From NCBI GenBank assembly GCA_016198755.1, contig JACQIB010000005.1, positions 160,001-224,000 on the forward strand: DNA of 64,000 nucleotides, read 5' to 3'. Position numbers and translations under genes: made by a program. Positions within the stretch are counted from its first letter, which is position 1, and every line of letters begins with the position of its first letter. This document shows, piece after piece, positions 48,552 to 58,274 of the stretch. Source of the DNA: Candidatus Aenigmatarchaeota archaeon (GTDB taxonomy: Archaea; Aenigmatarchaeota; Aenigmatarchaeia; Aenigmatarchaeales; JACQIB01). A model generated the notes under the pieces. That model was not told the DNA's origin. It was given only the letters and a program-made list of their open reading frames with translations, and made no database searches.

Positions 48552-49646
48552 TTAGAATGGACGTTGTTCTCTCCTAAGTTTCATTAAGCTGGGGGTTATT
48601 CCAACCCTGTCAACTAATTGATCGTGCAAAGAATTTACATCGTTTTCCTGAAGCTTGGCTCGGAAATCTGCCTCAATCAATGGAGCTGGGAACCCATAGC
48701 TGTTATGTGGAGAAAGGCTTAGAACTATACTGGCGATTTTGTTTGCTGTTTCTATTGGATTGCCTAAAGAGAAAAAGTCTATGCGGACAGGCCTGTCAAA
48801 CTCTGCTGTTTTCAAATAAAAGGAAAATATTTTCTCCCCATAAGGCTGCAAATCTGAAAGGATTGGATGATCGGAAGGGTTTTTTGAGTAGCGGAAAACT
48901 GCTGTGCGCTCCCCTTTTCTTAGTGTATAATAAAGCAGATTTGTATCGCGTGTGCTTGCTAAAATCCTCCTTAGCTCCTCTGCTTTTGGGTTATTCAGCG
49001 CTGATAAAATACTGCTGGATACAATTTCACAAAAGCTTCTGCCTCTGCTGTCCTCAACGCAACCAGCTAACAAACTTCCTGAAGAGGATTTGTAAAGGGA
49101 AATAAAGCTGCGCAGCACAGATTCATACCTTTCCCAGGCTGCGCTTGTTTTTGCTGGTTTATCCTTCCCATGCGGAACAACAGAACCATCCAATAAAAGT
49201 AGTTGAGGAGGGAATTTTGAAAAACATTCTGCAGCAAGCTCTATCTCTCCTCTTTCCCTTTCAAGGCTGCTGGATAAGAAAAACTCTTCCTCTGAATAAG
49301 GATCTGATATTATTGTTAAGGTCGGAGTAACAATTGAGTGAGGGTGGTAATCTACTTTATCCAGCTTTCCCCCCAAGTAATCAAAAACGACAGCAACCGC
49401 TCTTGTCAGTATAAGGTCGATACCGTGATAAGAATGCTGAGAAAGTCCCCCGTCAATTGCAATAACTTTTTTTCCATCTAAAAGATCCGGAGTGGCTGTG
49501 TAAATCAGGTTTGGTTCCAGTACATCTCCGGACAGCTCAACTTTTTCAGAAACTTCGCGAAGGAAATGCCCTAATTTCTCGCGGTTTGTTTCAAGCGTGC
49601 GAATCTTTTCAGCTATCTCTGGAAGCTTTGAAAGAAGTTCATGCAT
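48552..49646 (-). CDS. nurA: NurA nuclease
   Basis: IAIDGG, LLLDGS and YGFPAPLIEAD. Confidence 0.9.
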   Translation of the reverse strand: MHELLSKLPEIAEKIRTLETNREKLGHFLREVSEKVELSGDVLEPNLIYTATPDLLDGKKVIAIDGGLSQHSYHGIDLILTRAVAVVFDYLGGKLDKVDYHPHSIVTPTLTIISDPYSEEEFFLSSSLERERGEIELAAECFSKFPPQLLLLDGSVVPHGKDKPAKTSAAWERYESVLRSFISLYKSSSGSLLAGCVEDSRGRSFCEIVSSSILSALNNPKAEELRRILASTRDTNLLYYTLRKGERTAVFRYSKNPSDHPILSDLQPYGEKIFSFYLKTAEFDRPVRIDFFSLGNPIETANKIASIVLSLSPHNSYGFPAPLIEADFRAKLQENDVNSLHDQLVDRVGITPSLMKLRREQRPF

Positions 49647-49696
49647 GCTGGGAGTTGGTGCGGAAAATACTTAAAGGTGCTTTGCTAAGAGAAAGT

Positions 49697-50293
49697 ATGG
49701 AAGAGATAGCGCGCGGGGCTGAGGCTGTTATTTATAGGGAGGGAAATGAGCTGGTAAAGGATAGGATAAAGAAAGGGTATAGGATTCCTGAGCTGGATAC
49801 AAAATTAAGGAAAGAGAGAACCAGAGCTGAAGCTAGGCTACTTACAGAAGCGCGCAGTGTGGGGGTTTCAACACCGAAAGTTCTGGAGGTTTCTGAAACA
49901 AAAGTCAGAATGGAACTTATTGAAGGGGAAAAATTGAGAGACATTTTAAATATTAGGCCTGAGCTAGCGGAAGATATTGGAACTGCTATAGGCAGGCTGC
50001 ACGCGGCAGGTATTGTTCATGGGGATTTAACTACAAGCAACATGATTCTGTCAGAGGGAAAAATATTCCTGATAGATTTTGGGCTTGGGTTTTTTTCAAA
50101 AAAACCAGAGGATCTGGCAACAGACTTAACTGTGTTTAAAGAAGCGCTGCGTTCTGTGCACTTTGCAGTTCTCGAAAAGGTTTGGGTAGAATTTTGCTCA
50201 TCTTATGGAAAGGAATTCTCGGGTGCTGGAAAGGTATTTAAAGCTCTCGAAAGCATAGAGAAGAGAGGAAGATATATATTCAGGGGAGATTGA
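49697..50293 (+). CDS. bud32: KEOPS kinase Bud32
   Basis: RGAEA, HGDLTTSN, IDFGL and RGRY. Confidence 0.94.
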   Translation: MEEIARGAEAVIYREGNELVKDRIKKGYRIPELDTKLRKERTRAEARLLTEARSVGVSTPKVLEVSETKVRMELIEGEKLRDILNIRPELAEDIGTAIGRLHAAGIVHGDLTTSNMILSEGKIFLIDFGLGFFSKKPEDLATDLTVFKEALRSVHFAVLEKVWVEFCSSYGKEFSGAGKVFKALESIEKRGRYIFRGD

Positions 50294-50533
50294 ATGAAAA
50301 TTATTAATCCGCTGGTTTGGTTTAAAGAGGCTGAAGGGACAGCAGAAAAGCTGTTTAGGTTCAGCCTTATTTTAGCTGGCTTTGCAACTGTTTTGCTGTT
50401 TTTCGGCATTCTTCTTGGCAGCTTTATTCAATATTCAATTTTGCTGGGTATGATTGGAGCTGTGCTGTATATACCTGCTGTTGTTCTGTTCTTGCTTTCT
50501 GAGGTAATGAGAACGGAAGCACATGGTGTCTGA
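50294..50533 (+). CDS. Small membrane protein
   Basis: Two TM segments; abuts bud32. Confidence 0.65.
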   Translation: MKIINPLVWFKEAEGTAEKLFRFSLILAGFATVLLFFGILLGSFIQYSILLGMIGAVLYIPAVVLFLLSEVMRTEAHGV

Positions 50534-50690
50534 AGGTTGGGAAAAGGTTTAAATACCTTCTTGAGGCAATAAAAGGAGACTGCTGGGGCGATGCTCTGAC
50601 AGCTCTTACGGGTGTACAAATGAAGAATGAAAATAAAAATAGGAAAATCTCTTTCTTTACTTATAAAAATGTTTCTTCTGTGTGGTTTTG

Positions 50691-51149
50691 ATGGCAAGAA
50701 TATATGCTAAAAAAAGTGGAAAATCTGGAAGTAAAAAGCCATTGATACCTGCACAATGGGTTACCTATACTGGGGATGAGGTTGAGAGACTTGTTGTTAA
50801 GCTTGGGAAGGATGGGGTGCAGGCTGCACAAATTGGACTGACTTTAAGGGATCAGTATGGAATTCCTTCTGTACGCGCTGTTACCAAAAAAACAATAATG
50901 GGAATTTTGGAAGGAAATGGGATGAAAAAAGCTGTGCCTGATGAGTTGTTTAATTTGCTAAAAAGGGCTGTAAACCTGAGAAAACATTTGGGAAACAACA
51001 AAAGAGATTCTCATTCTAAAAGGGCTTTGGAACTGCTGGAAAGCAGGATCAGAAGGGTTGCAAAATACTATATAGCCAACGAAAGGCTGCCTGAAAGCTG
51101 GAAGTATAATGCTGAGCAGGCAAAGCTGTTGGTAGAGAAGGGTGCATAA
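50691..51149 (+). CDS. rps15: 30S ribosomal protein S15 (S13e)
   Basis: GKSGSKKP, LRDQYGIP and ESRIRR. Confidence 0.95.
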   Translation: MARIYAKKSGKSGSKKPLIPAQWVTYTGDEVERLVVKLGKDGVQAAQIGLTLRDQYGIPSVRAVTKKTIMGILEGNGMKKAVPDELFNLLKRAVNLRKHLGNNKRDSHSKRALELLESRIRRVAKYYIANERLPESWKYNAEQAKLLVEKGA

Positions 51150-51151
51150 TT

Positions 51152-51715
51152 ATGGAAAAACCAACTTTAACAAAAGCACTGAAAGGAAAGCAATGGATAC
51201 CTGTTTTTGCACCGGCATTCTTTGAAAGTGTACAATTGGGGGAAGTTTTGGCTTCTGATCCTTCTTTACTTGTTGGCAGAACTATTTCAGCAAGCTTAAC
51301 TGATTTAACTGGGGATCCTGGCAGATATTATGTAAAGCTGTTTTTCAGAATTTCCAGTGTTCAGGGAAACAGGGCAGAAACCGTGTTTTTTGGACATGAT
51401 TGCACAATGGATTTTATTTCAAGGATTGTACAGCTAAGAACACAGAGAATTGATACAAATGAAGTTATTCAGTTAAAAGATGGAAAAGTAAGGATTAAAA
51501 CTATAACAGTAACGAACGGGAAAGTTTCCGGGCAGCTTGATAAATTAATAAGAAAAACTGCAGCAGATATGATTAGGGAAGAACTTTCTAAATTAACTAT
51601 AGAAGAATTTATTAAAAAGTTTTCTTCGGGTGAAGTGCAGGGAATTATTAGGGATGCTCTAAACAAACTCTATCCTACCCGTGCGTTTGAGATTAGAAAA
51701 AGCAGGGTTCTCTAG
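51152..51715 (+). CDS. rps3ae: 30S ribosomal protein S3Ae (eS1)
   Basis: KQW...APAFF, GRTI and LYP...EIRK; follows rps15. Confidence 0.9.
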   Translation: MEKPTLTKALKGKQWIPVFAPAFFESVQLGEVLASDPSLLVGRTISASLTDLTGDPGRYYVKLFFRISSVQGNRAETVFFGHDCTMDFISRIVQLRTQRIDTNEVIQLKDGKVRIKTITVTNGKVSGQLDKLIRKTAADMIREELSKLTIEEFIKKFSSGEVQGIIRDALNKLYPTRAFEIRKSRVL

Positions 51716-51903
51716 TCTATATGAGCTGTGCTTATCCAGAGCATTCCTGCTATTAGGATAAGGACAAACCCAAAAATTAGAGCTATCAAAACTGTTCCTG
51801 GGTTGTTTCCTAAAGCTGCAGGGTCTGCACTGCTCGTTATTAACACTCCAAAAAATAGACAAAAAGAACCAAGCACCCAGAAGACAGCAGACTTTGTGCG
51901 CAT
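51712..51903 (-). CDS. Small two-TM protein
   Basis: Hydrophobic hairpin. Confidence 0.6.
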   Translation of the reverse strand: MRTKSAVFWVLGSFCLFFGVLITSSADPAALGNNPGTVLIALIFGFVLILIAGMLWISTAHID

Positions 51904-51935
51904 GAGATTTCTTAGGAAAGAAAGGATTTAAACAC

Positions 51936-52736
51936 CTATTTCTCGAGCAGATAATCAACAGCTTCGTCTATATTGGAAACTTCTTTTATATCTATTCCAA
52001 GGCTTTCCCCGACACTGACAGTTATTTTCTTGTAGGTTGTTTCGCAAATTAGCAAACCTAGCTGGCGTGTGCAGTTTTCCTCAGGTTTTACATAAGTCTG
52101 TATACCCTCCCCCTTTGGAACCAAAAATAATTTTGCACCCACAGCCTTTGCGGCTCCTGCTTTTTCCAGAATTCCACCAACCCTTCCTACAGAACCGTCA
52201 GTTTCTATTGTACCTGTTATTATTATATCCTTTTTCAACTGTTTTCCTTCCAGTGCTGCTATTGTGGCTACTGTTAAAGCTGCACCTGCTGATGGACCGC
52301 CAACAACAGTTGCTTTGTCTGTGCGCAGCCCATAAACAATATCCAGCTTACTCAGGTCTGCTCCTGTTTTCTTTGCTGCAACATCCCTTGCTGTTTGTAT
52401 TGATTGCTGTGTATCTGTCCAAAATAAAAGTTTATCTATATCTGTTAAAACCTTTCCTGAACCTGTTTTAACTTCAACGACAAGAGCTGATACAACACCG
52501 TTGCCTGCATTATCCACTGCCGGAAGGTTTATTGTGGCTGTGCCGCGGGGAGATTCAGTTGAAATAAGCGGAAGGTCCCTGTCAGGAAAATTCAACTGGT
52601 TTTGATTTATTGTTTTTGTGCCTGAAAATTGTGTTCCAACAAAAAATGCAATAGCTGCAACAAACAATATAACTATTATAAGCTCTATATCTTCTCTTGA
52701 GCTTTTTTGTTTTCTCATAGGTTTCTGCTTTCCCAT
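51936..52736 (-). CDS. Membrane-anchored S16 (Lon-like) serine protease
   Basis: VGGPSAG, ITGTI and VGGILEK (Ser-Lys dyad). Confidence 0.9.
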   Translation of the reverse strand: MGKQKPMRKQKSSREDIELIIVILFVAAIAFFVGTQFSGTKTINQNQLNFPDRDLPLISTESPRGTATINLPAVDNAGNGVVSALVVEVKTGSGKVLTDIDKLLFWTDTQQSIQTARDVAAKKTGADLSKLDIVYGLRTDKATVVGGPSAGAALTVATIAALEGKQLKKDIIITGTIETDGSVGRVGGILEKAGAAKAVGAKLFLVPKGEGIQTYVKPEENCTRQLGLLICETTYKKITVSVGESLGIDIKEVSNIDEAVDYLLEK

Positions 52737-52782
52737 AAACATCCTATTCTATCAGGCCCTTTTTAAAGATTATGAACAAAAC

Positions 52783-53055
52783 GGCAGGGTATGCCCCTGG
52801 TTGATGGGAAAGACCTGATAGGTAACCCAACTACCCCTCTCCACACAGCTTCCCCACAAACGCTTCCACAAAGGTTTATGCTTGCTTCCTTCCGGACCTG
52901 GGCAGGTTCGCCCCTGCAGCTGCTCTGCAGGACCATGCTTCTCAGAGGAAACAGCTGGACCTTGTCAGACCTTATCACCGCCCAAAGACTCAGGCTCCGC
53001 CATAATGTCCGTTTGCGGTTACAGGTTAGGACAAGCTCCCCGGCCATCCCCTGCC
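52783..53055 (-). ncRNA. ffs: Archaeal SRP (7S) RNA
   Basis: Helix 8 CCAGGTCCGGAAGGAAGCA on the minus strand; Alu-like CCTGTAACC; terminal helix GGCAGGG/CCCTGCC. Confidence 0.9.
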
Positions 53056-53254
53056 AGTTTCTAGTTGGTCTGCACCCTTTAAATTGCTTTACCCGAGACA
53101 GCTTGAGCTAGTTGTAGTATAGTAGAGAAATAAATTGTTAGAAAAGGAAGAAAAGTAAAAGAAAAACAATAATAGCAACTGCAAGCCCCAAAGCCAGGCA
53201 TTTGCCTATCATACCAAATAATGGGCAAAGAAGCTATAAAAAACGTGTGGTTTA

Positions 53255-53401
53255 CTATGCTTTGCCTATGATTTTGAACATCTTTGTGCCGCACTTTGTA
53301 CAAAGACCTGACATAGCTTTCATGCCGTTCTTCATTATAACTTCTTTCTCATCTTTCATTGTCCTTGTTTCCCTGCATTTCATGCATCTTCCATCTGTCA
53401 T
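53255..53401 (-). CDS. 48-aa zinc-ribbon protein (DUF5679-like; not in ORF track)
   Basis: MTDGRCMKCR...MKNG...GLCTKCGTKMFKI after an AGGTGA SD site. Confidence 0.85.
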   Translation of the reverse strand: MTDGRCMKCRETRTMKDEKEVIMKNGMKAMSGLCTKCGTKMFKIIGKA

Positions 53402-53573
53402 AAAATTCACCTGCTTTCTAAGGGGGAAATAAGTATATAAAACTGCCTGCCCTTGAATTTAGGCTTGGAAACCCCTTATTATATAGGCGTACTCATGCAC
53501 TTATTGTTAGGATTTTCCTGCGAAGTTCTGATTAAGAAGGGTAGAACGGTAGGAGAAAGCCTTTCCCTGCGCT

Positions 53574-56500
53574 TTACTCTGGAGAAGGTTCAAAGCCGCC
53601 TGAGGTTGTCGGTGGGAGGGTTGTAGGGGCTGCTGGAGCTGGGGGTGCGCCTCCGAACAACATAGCTAGGAAGCCGCCTGCGAATTTGTCTTTATCGCCA
53701 GCCTGCTTGTCCAGAAGGTCAGCCTGAACATTCAGCTCCTGTATTTGAGCCTGTAAAGCAGCCTTGGCATCTAAGTTTGTGGATGCATCAAGCACAAGGT
53801 TTAAGCTGGATCCAATATCCCTTAGCTTCTGTGCACGCTCCTTCAATAATAGAGCATCTTTCTTTTCCTGATCAGCAACCATTCCAAAGAACTGCTGTAT
53901 TGCATAGCCTATGTCCTTTGACTTGTTCTGTACTTCCTCTATATCAGCAGTTGTCTGTATAATATCCCTTTCGTTCTCTGTTACGTGTGCATCAAGTGAA
54001 TCTGGTATTTTATCCAAATCTTTTAATGCTTCCAGCCTCTGTAGGTAACGATCCTTGTCTGTAATTTTTCCTGAAGCTCCCTCATCAGGTCCTGCAAGGC
54101 TCATATGATCTACTGTAACATCATCTACAAACTCAAGCCTCCTTAGGTTTGCTAAGTTTGCTGCTTTTGCAGTTGCCCTGTAAATATAGGTTGTTGAAAC
54201 CTTTAGAGGAGCATCATCAAACTTTATCGTCAAAGCCCTTATCTTTGAGAGCTCATCTGATTTTAGCTTGGCAGAGCTTGCTATAACAACTGGCAGGTTA
54301 TCTCCAACAGACTTTGCATCCCTTATTTTTGGCTTGTAAGCCTTTAGGTCGCACAAGTTCTTTACAACATTATCTGAAACTTTCTCAGCAATAAGTTCTG
54401 GTTTGAACTTCTCTGGATCGCAGCTTGCAGCCTTTTCCTTGACTTTAACACAGAACTTTGGAAGTTGATCACAAATAAAACCTTTCTGCTTTGTCAGGGA
54501 TTCACAAAGTTGAGCTGGTGTTGGACCTCCAAACCCTCCTCCTGAACCTCCATAACCGAAGCTGCCTCCTCCATAACCGCCTCCTGATGGTGGAGCAAAG
54601 CCTCCTCTTTCATATCCGCCCTGATAACCCTGTGGTGGACCTCCTGAACTACCTGGTGGATATCCGCCCTGTCCTCCTGGACCGCCAAATCCTCCTTGGC
54701 CACCGAAGTCACCACCTGGTGGGAATCCTCCTGGACCTGGCTGGCCTCCAAACCCTCCCTGTCCGCCTGGACCGCCTGGACCTCCGAAGTCACGACCCTG
54801 ATCACCGAAACCGCCTGGAGGTGGACCAAATCCTCCTTGTCCTCCAAATCCTCCTTGGCCACTGCCGCCTTGTCCACCACTACCCTGTCCGCCTGGACCG
54901 CCTATCTGCTGCCCTGTTGGACCGCCAGAACTTGGGAAAGAAGGATATTTGCCTGCACAAGCCTCAGAAGCAGCTTTTGTTATTTCTGAACAGCCTCTAA
55001 CAAGTTCGCTTGAACATTTCTCAGCCCCATTCTTTAACTCATCGCACATGTTCTGTATTCCTGGACCCTGTGAAAATTCAAATACTGCCCTTTCCTTTAC
55101 TTTTTCTTTGAAATCATCTGGATGTGCACAAACATAATTAACAGCATCTGGAGGCATTTCTGACTTTATGCCGCGTAGTGCCTCTTCTGACATAAATTGA
55201 ACTGGATCTGATAATAGTAGTTCAGGAGGCAGTTGAGGTTCTCCAAACCCTCCTCCAATTGTTGGAGGTCCAAATCCTGGTTTGTTTGGTCCGCCTGTAA
55301 AGTCTGTTGTTCTTGGAGTGCTGCAGCCTGTAAGCTTTTCAAGTTCATCTGTGCTGAATATCTTCTCGTATCTTTGCCCACCTATGAACCATGTTGGACT
55401 GCCTGTTCCTTCATTTGGTCTAGTAGAACCATAACAGCATGTCTTTATCTGCTTTGCAGCGCAGCTCGCCTCATCAACATTGCAATTTACAGCAAAACCA
55501 AGGTTCCTCATTATTTCAAACCCAGGTCCTAGCATATCTATCTGTTTCCTGCTCTCATCATTGGAAGTGTAATAAAACTCTACCTGAGCCTTCTTTATAC
55601 AGGAAGAAATCCTGTTTATCTCCTGTGGAGGCAATGGCGCTGAACAAGCTCCTGGCCTTGCACCGCCAACATCACCACAGCACCAAGTTCTTGCTGCAGG
55701 GTCAAAAGTAGGCTTATCCAAACCTGTTGCAGCTGGACAGAAAAACCCTGGTGGAGGCTTTATCTTGTCAGGTCTTTCTGAGAAGCAGTCTGACTGACAT
55801 GACCTTTCCTCTCCTGGCTCACACTTGTTATTTCCACAGACAGAATATCCCTTACAATCCTGTTGACAATTGTATGGACCTTCTCCCTCTCCACATACTC
55901 CATCACCGCACTTTATTGTGTTTTCAAAGCCACCATTATCCCCCCCTCTTCTACCAAAGTCTTTTGTACAGTCCTTTGGACATGAAAAATCATTTTCATT
56001 TGGATATTCGCATATAGCATTGCCGCAGAATGATTGAGGCTTTTCCTGGATTGTAGGACATGGACTACTTGTACAATATCCATTTCCTGATGAAGGACAC
56101 CAATTTGCACCCCTTACACCGCTGCATTCTGCTTGGCTGTGACAGTTCCATGGCTGCTCGCTTGTACACTGATTATATGATGTAATTGATGGGCTTCCTC
56201 CACCAGAGGTTCCACATTCATTTTGACTATAATATTGATTATATTGACCTGATCCTGTACTTGAACAACAATAACCAGCATCTGTTACAAATCCGCCTCC
56301 GCAATTGCATTTGGAAGTTATTTTACCTATAGAACAGATTGGATATTGACCAGATGTTGTGCTTGGATATCCCGGTGTACCAGGACCTGAACAAATTCCG
56401 CCTGAACAAAAGCCAGATGAGCACTCGTTATTTAGGGAACAGCTTTGTCCATTTGATTTGGGTCCTGTGCCACCGCCGCAATAGGTTGTGCTTTCGCAGC

Positions 56501-57143
56501 CATTATCATGCCTCTGATCACAGTTGTAATAGCCTGCGTTGCAATAGTTTACAATACATACCCCATTTTGCATCATCCCCTTTGCATTTGGAACTGAACA
56601 TTCACCCCCGCCTCCTGCTGTGCCTGTGCCGCATGCTGTAGTTTGATAAATATTAGAACAGCAGTAACCTGAGGCATATGTTGTTCCGCCGCAGGAACAG
56701 CTGGCAGATATTGGACCTGAACTGCAGAAGTTTCCAGTTGTTGTAGTTGAGCTGGAAGTTGGTGAGGTTCCGCCGGCACATACTCCATTTGAACAAGTTC
56801 CGGAATAACATTGTGAATTAGAAGCACACTGAGCTCCTTCAGTTCTTAGTTGAGATGTACTGGTTGTGCTAGAAGAAGTTGTGGATGAGGATGTAGTTGA
56901 GCTGGATGTAGAAGTGGAGGTTGAAGTGGATGTAGAGGTTGAAGAAGAGGTTGTGGATGAGGAAGTTGGCTGGCCTCCACTGGAAACGCAAACTCCACCT
57001 GAACAGCTGTTTGATAAGCATTCTGAGTTTTGGATACATGTTTGACCTTCTGATTTTTGTTGGGCAAAAGCAACCGCAGACATTGAAAATGAAACTACAA
57101 AGAAAACTGCTATGGCAATAAGTGCAAAATTCCTACAGCCCAT
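53574..57143 (-). CDS. Large secreted mosaic Cys-rich surface protein
   Basis: Signal peptide, several Cys-repeat types, S/T linker, thioredoxin-like segment, G/P/Q/F low-complexity tract and helical C-terminus. Confidence 0.85.
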   Translation of the reverse strand: MGCRNFALIAIAVFFVVSFSMSAVAFAQQKSEGQTCIQNSECLSNSCSGGVCVSSGGQPTSSSTTSSSTSTSTSTSTSTSSSTTSSSTTSSSTTSTSQLRTEGAQCASNSQCYSGTCSNGVCAGGTSPTSSSTTTTGNFCSSGPISASCSCGGTTYASGYCCSNIYQTTACGTGTAGGGGECSVPNAKGMMQNGVCIVNYCNAGYYNCDQRHDNGCESTTYCGGGTGPKSNGQSCSLNNECSSGFCSGGICSGPGTPGYPSTTSGQYPICSIGKITSKCNCGGGFVTDAGYCCSSTGSGQYNQYYSQNECGTSGGGSPSITSYNQCTSEQPWNCHSQAECSGVRGANWCPSSGNGYCTSSPCPTIQEKPQSFCGNAICEYPNENDFSCPKDCTKDFGRRGGDNGGFENTIKCGDGVCGEGEGPYNCQQDCKGYSVCGNNKCEPGEERSCQSDCFSERPDKIKPPPGFFCPAATGLDKPTFDPAARTWCCGDVGGARPGACSAPLPPQEINRISSCIKKAQVEFYYTSNDESRKQIDMLGPGFEIMRNLGFAVNCNVDEASCAAKQIKTCCYGSTRPNEGTGSPTWFIGGQRYEKIFSTDELEKLTGCSTPRTTDFTGGPNKPGFGPPTIGGGFGEPQLPPELLLSDPVQFMSEEALRGIKSEMPPDAVNYVCAHPDDFKEKVKERAVFEFSQGPGIQNMCDELKNGAEKCSSELVRGCSEITKAASEACAGKYPSFPSSGGPTGQQIGGPGGQGSGGQGGSGQGGFGGQGGFGPPPGGFGDQGRDFGGPGGPGGQGGFGGQPGPGGFPPGGDFGGQGGFGGPGGQGGYPPGSSGGPPQGYQGGYERGGFAPPSGGGYGGGSFGYGGSGGGFGGPTPAQLCESLTKQKGFICDQLPKFCVKVKEKAASCDPEKFKPELIAEKVSDNVVKNLCDLKAYKPKIRDAKSVGDNLPVVIASSAKLKSDELSKIRALTIKFDDAPLKVSTTYIYRATAKAANLANLRRLEFVDDVTVDHMSLAGPDEGASGKITDKDRYLQRLEALKDLDKIPDSLDAHVTENERDIIQTTADIEEVQNKSKDIGYAIQQFFGMVADQEKKDALLLKERAQKLRDIGSSLNLVLDASTNLDAKAALQAQIQELNVQADLLDKQAGDKDKFAGGFLAMLFGGAPPAPAAPTTLPPTTSGGFEPSPE

Positions 57144-57270
57144 AGGTTTCTATTTATTAAGGGTAGTATATAAATATTTAGTCAGTTGAGTTTTGACACA
57201 TAAACCAGTATTTTGTCAATAAATTTGGGAGTAAAGCCGTGTTTTTAAATGTTCTATACTATTTTATAGT

Positions 57271-58233
57271 ATGCCTTTGGAATCAAACCAGCTGAAAAAG
57301 CTGCAGGGAGCTGGGTACAAAGTTATTGGACCCTCTAAACACTCTGCTGTAAAGCTCTGCCACTATACAAAAGAGTCAATAAAAACTGGAGAGAAGAAGA
57401 ACTGCTATAAACAAAGGTTTTACGGGATTAGAAGCCACCGCTGCCTTCAAATGACTCCCTCCCTCACAGTCTGTAATTTGCGCTGTTCCTACTGCTGGAG
57501 AGACTTTAGGTACTTTAGGGATAAGGAAAAGGATTTAGTGGACGATCCAAAAGTTTTGGTTGAAGAGGCTATAAAAGCGCAGCTTTCTCTTTTGTCTGGT
57601 TTGGGGGGTGTTGAACATTCTGCGAAACATTTGAAGGAAGCAAAAGAACCTGCGCATGTTGCAATTTCATTGGATGGGGAGCCTACAAGCTATACGCATT
57701 TGGGGAAAATGATTGAAGATTTCCATTCCAGAAACTTCACAACATTCTTGGTTACAAACGGTACAAAACCGGATATATTAAGTAAACTAAATCCTTTACC
57801 CACCCAACTCTATACCTCTTTATCTGCTTTTTCTGAAGAGATGTTTTTGTTAACCCAACACCCGACTGAAGGGAAACAACTCTGGCAGAATATCCTGAAA
57901 ACTCTTGATTTATTACCAAGTCTTAACTGCAGGAAAGTTATCAGGCTTACAATGGTTAAAGGTTTGAACATGGAAAAACCTGAAGAATATGCAAAACTGA
58001 TTTTGAAGGCAAAGCCGCACTTTATTGAAGTTAAGGGCTGGAGCGCGGTTGGACAATCTAGGCAGAGAATGCCTACAACCAGAATGCCAACTCATGAAGA
58101 AATAAAGAAATTTTCACAGGAGTTAGTTGGGTTTTTACCTGGCTATTCTTATGCTGATGAACAGCCTGACAGCAGGGTGGCTTTGATAAAGGTTGCAGGA
58201 AAGATACCGGGGCTTTATGAAAAGTTCTCCTGA
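57271..58233 (+). CDS. taw1: 4-demethylwyosine synthase Taw1/TYW1 (radical SAM)
   Basis: HSAVKLC, CYKQRFYGI, CNLRCSYC, GEPT and LVTNG. Confidence 0.95.
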   Translation: MPLESNQLKKLQGAGYKVIGPSKHSAVKLCHYTKESIKTGEKKNCYKQRFYGIRSHRCLQMTPSLTVCNLRCSYCWRDFRYFRDKEKDLVDDPKVLVEEAIKAQLSLLSGLGGVEHSAKHLKEAKEPAHVAISLDGEPTSYTHLGKMIEDFHSRNFTTFLVTNGTKPDILSKLNPLPTQLYTSLSAFSEEMFLLTQHPTEGKQLWQNILKTLDLLPSLNCRKVIRLTMVKGLNMEKPEEYAKLILKAKPHFIEVKGWSAVGQSRQRMPTTRMPTHEEIKKFSQELVGFLPGYSYADEQPDSRVALIKVAGKIPGLYEKFS

Positions 58234-58274
58234 GAGCCATATTGCTTTTTATTCCTTTCTTTACCAGTTCCCGT

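Noticed and set aside
52783-53055. RNase P RNA
   Set aside because: No GAGGAAAGUCC-type P4 motif was found; the SRP helix-8 motif is present instead.
52763-53111. Tracked ORFs of 94, 106 and 60 aa
   Set aside because: They overlap the SRP RNA and are spurious.
53432-53573. Unexplained 140-nt intergenic region as an ncRNA
   Set aside because: No recognisable motif or convincing stem; part of it is promoter sequence.
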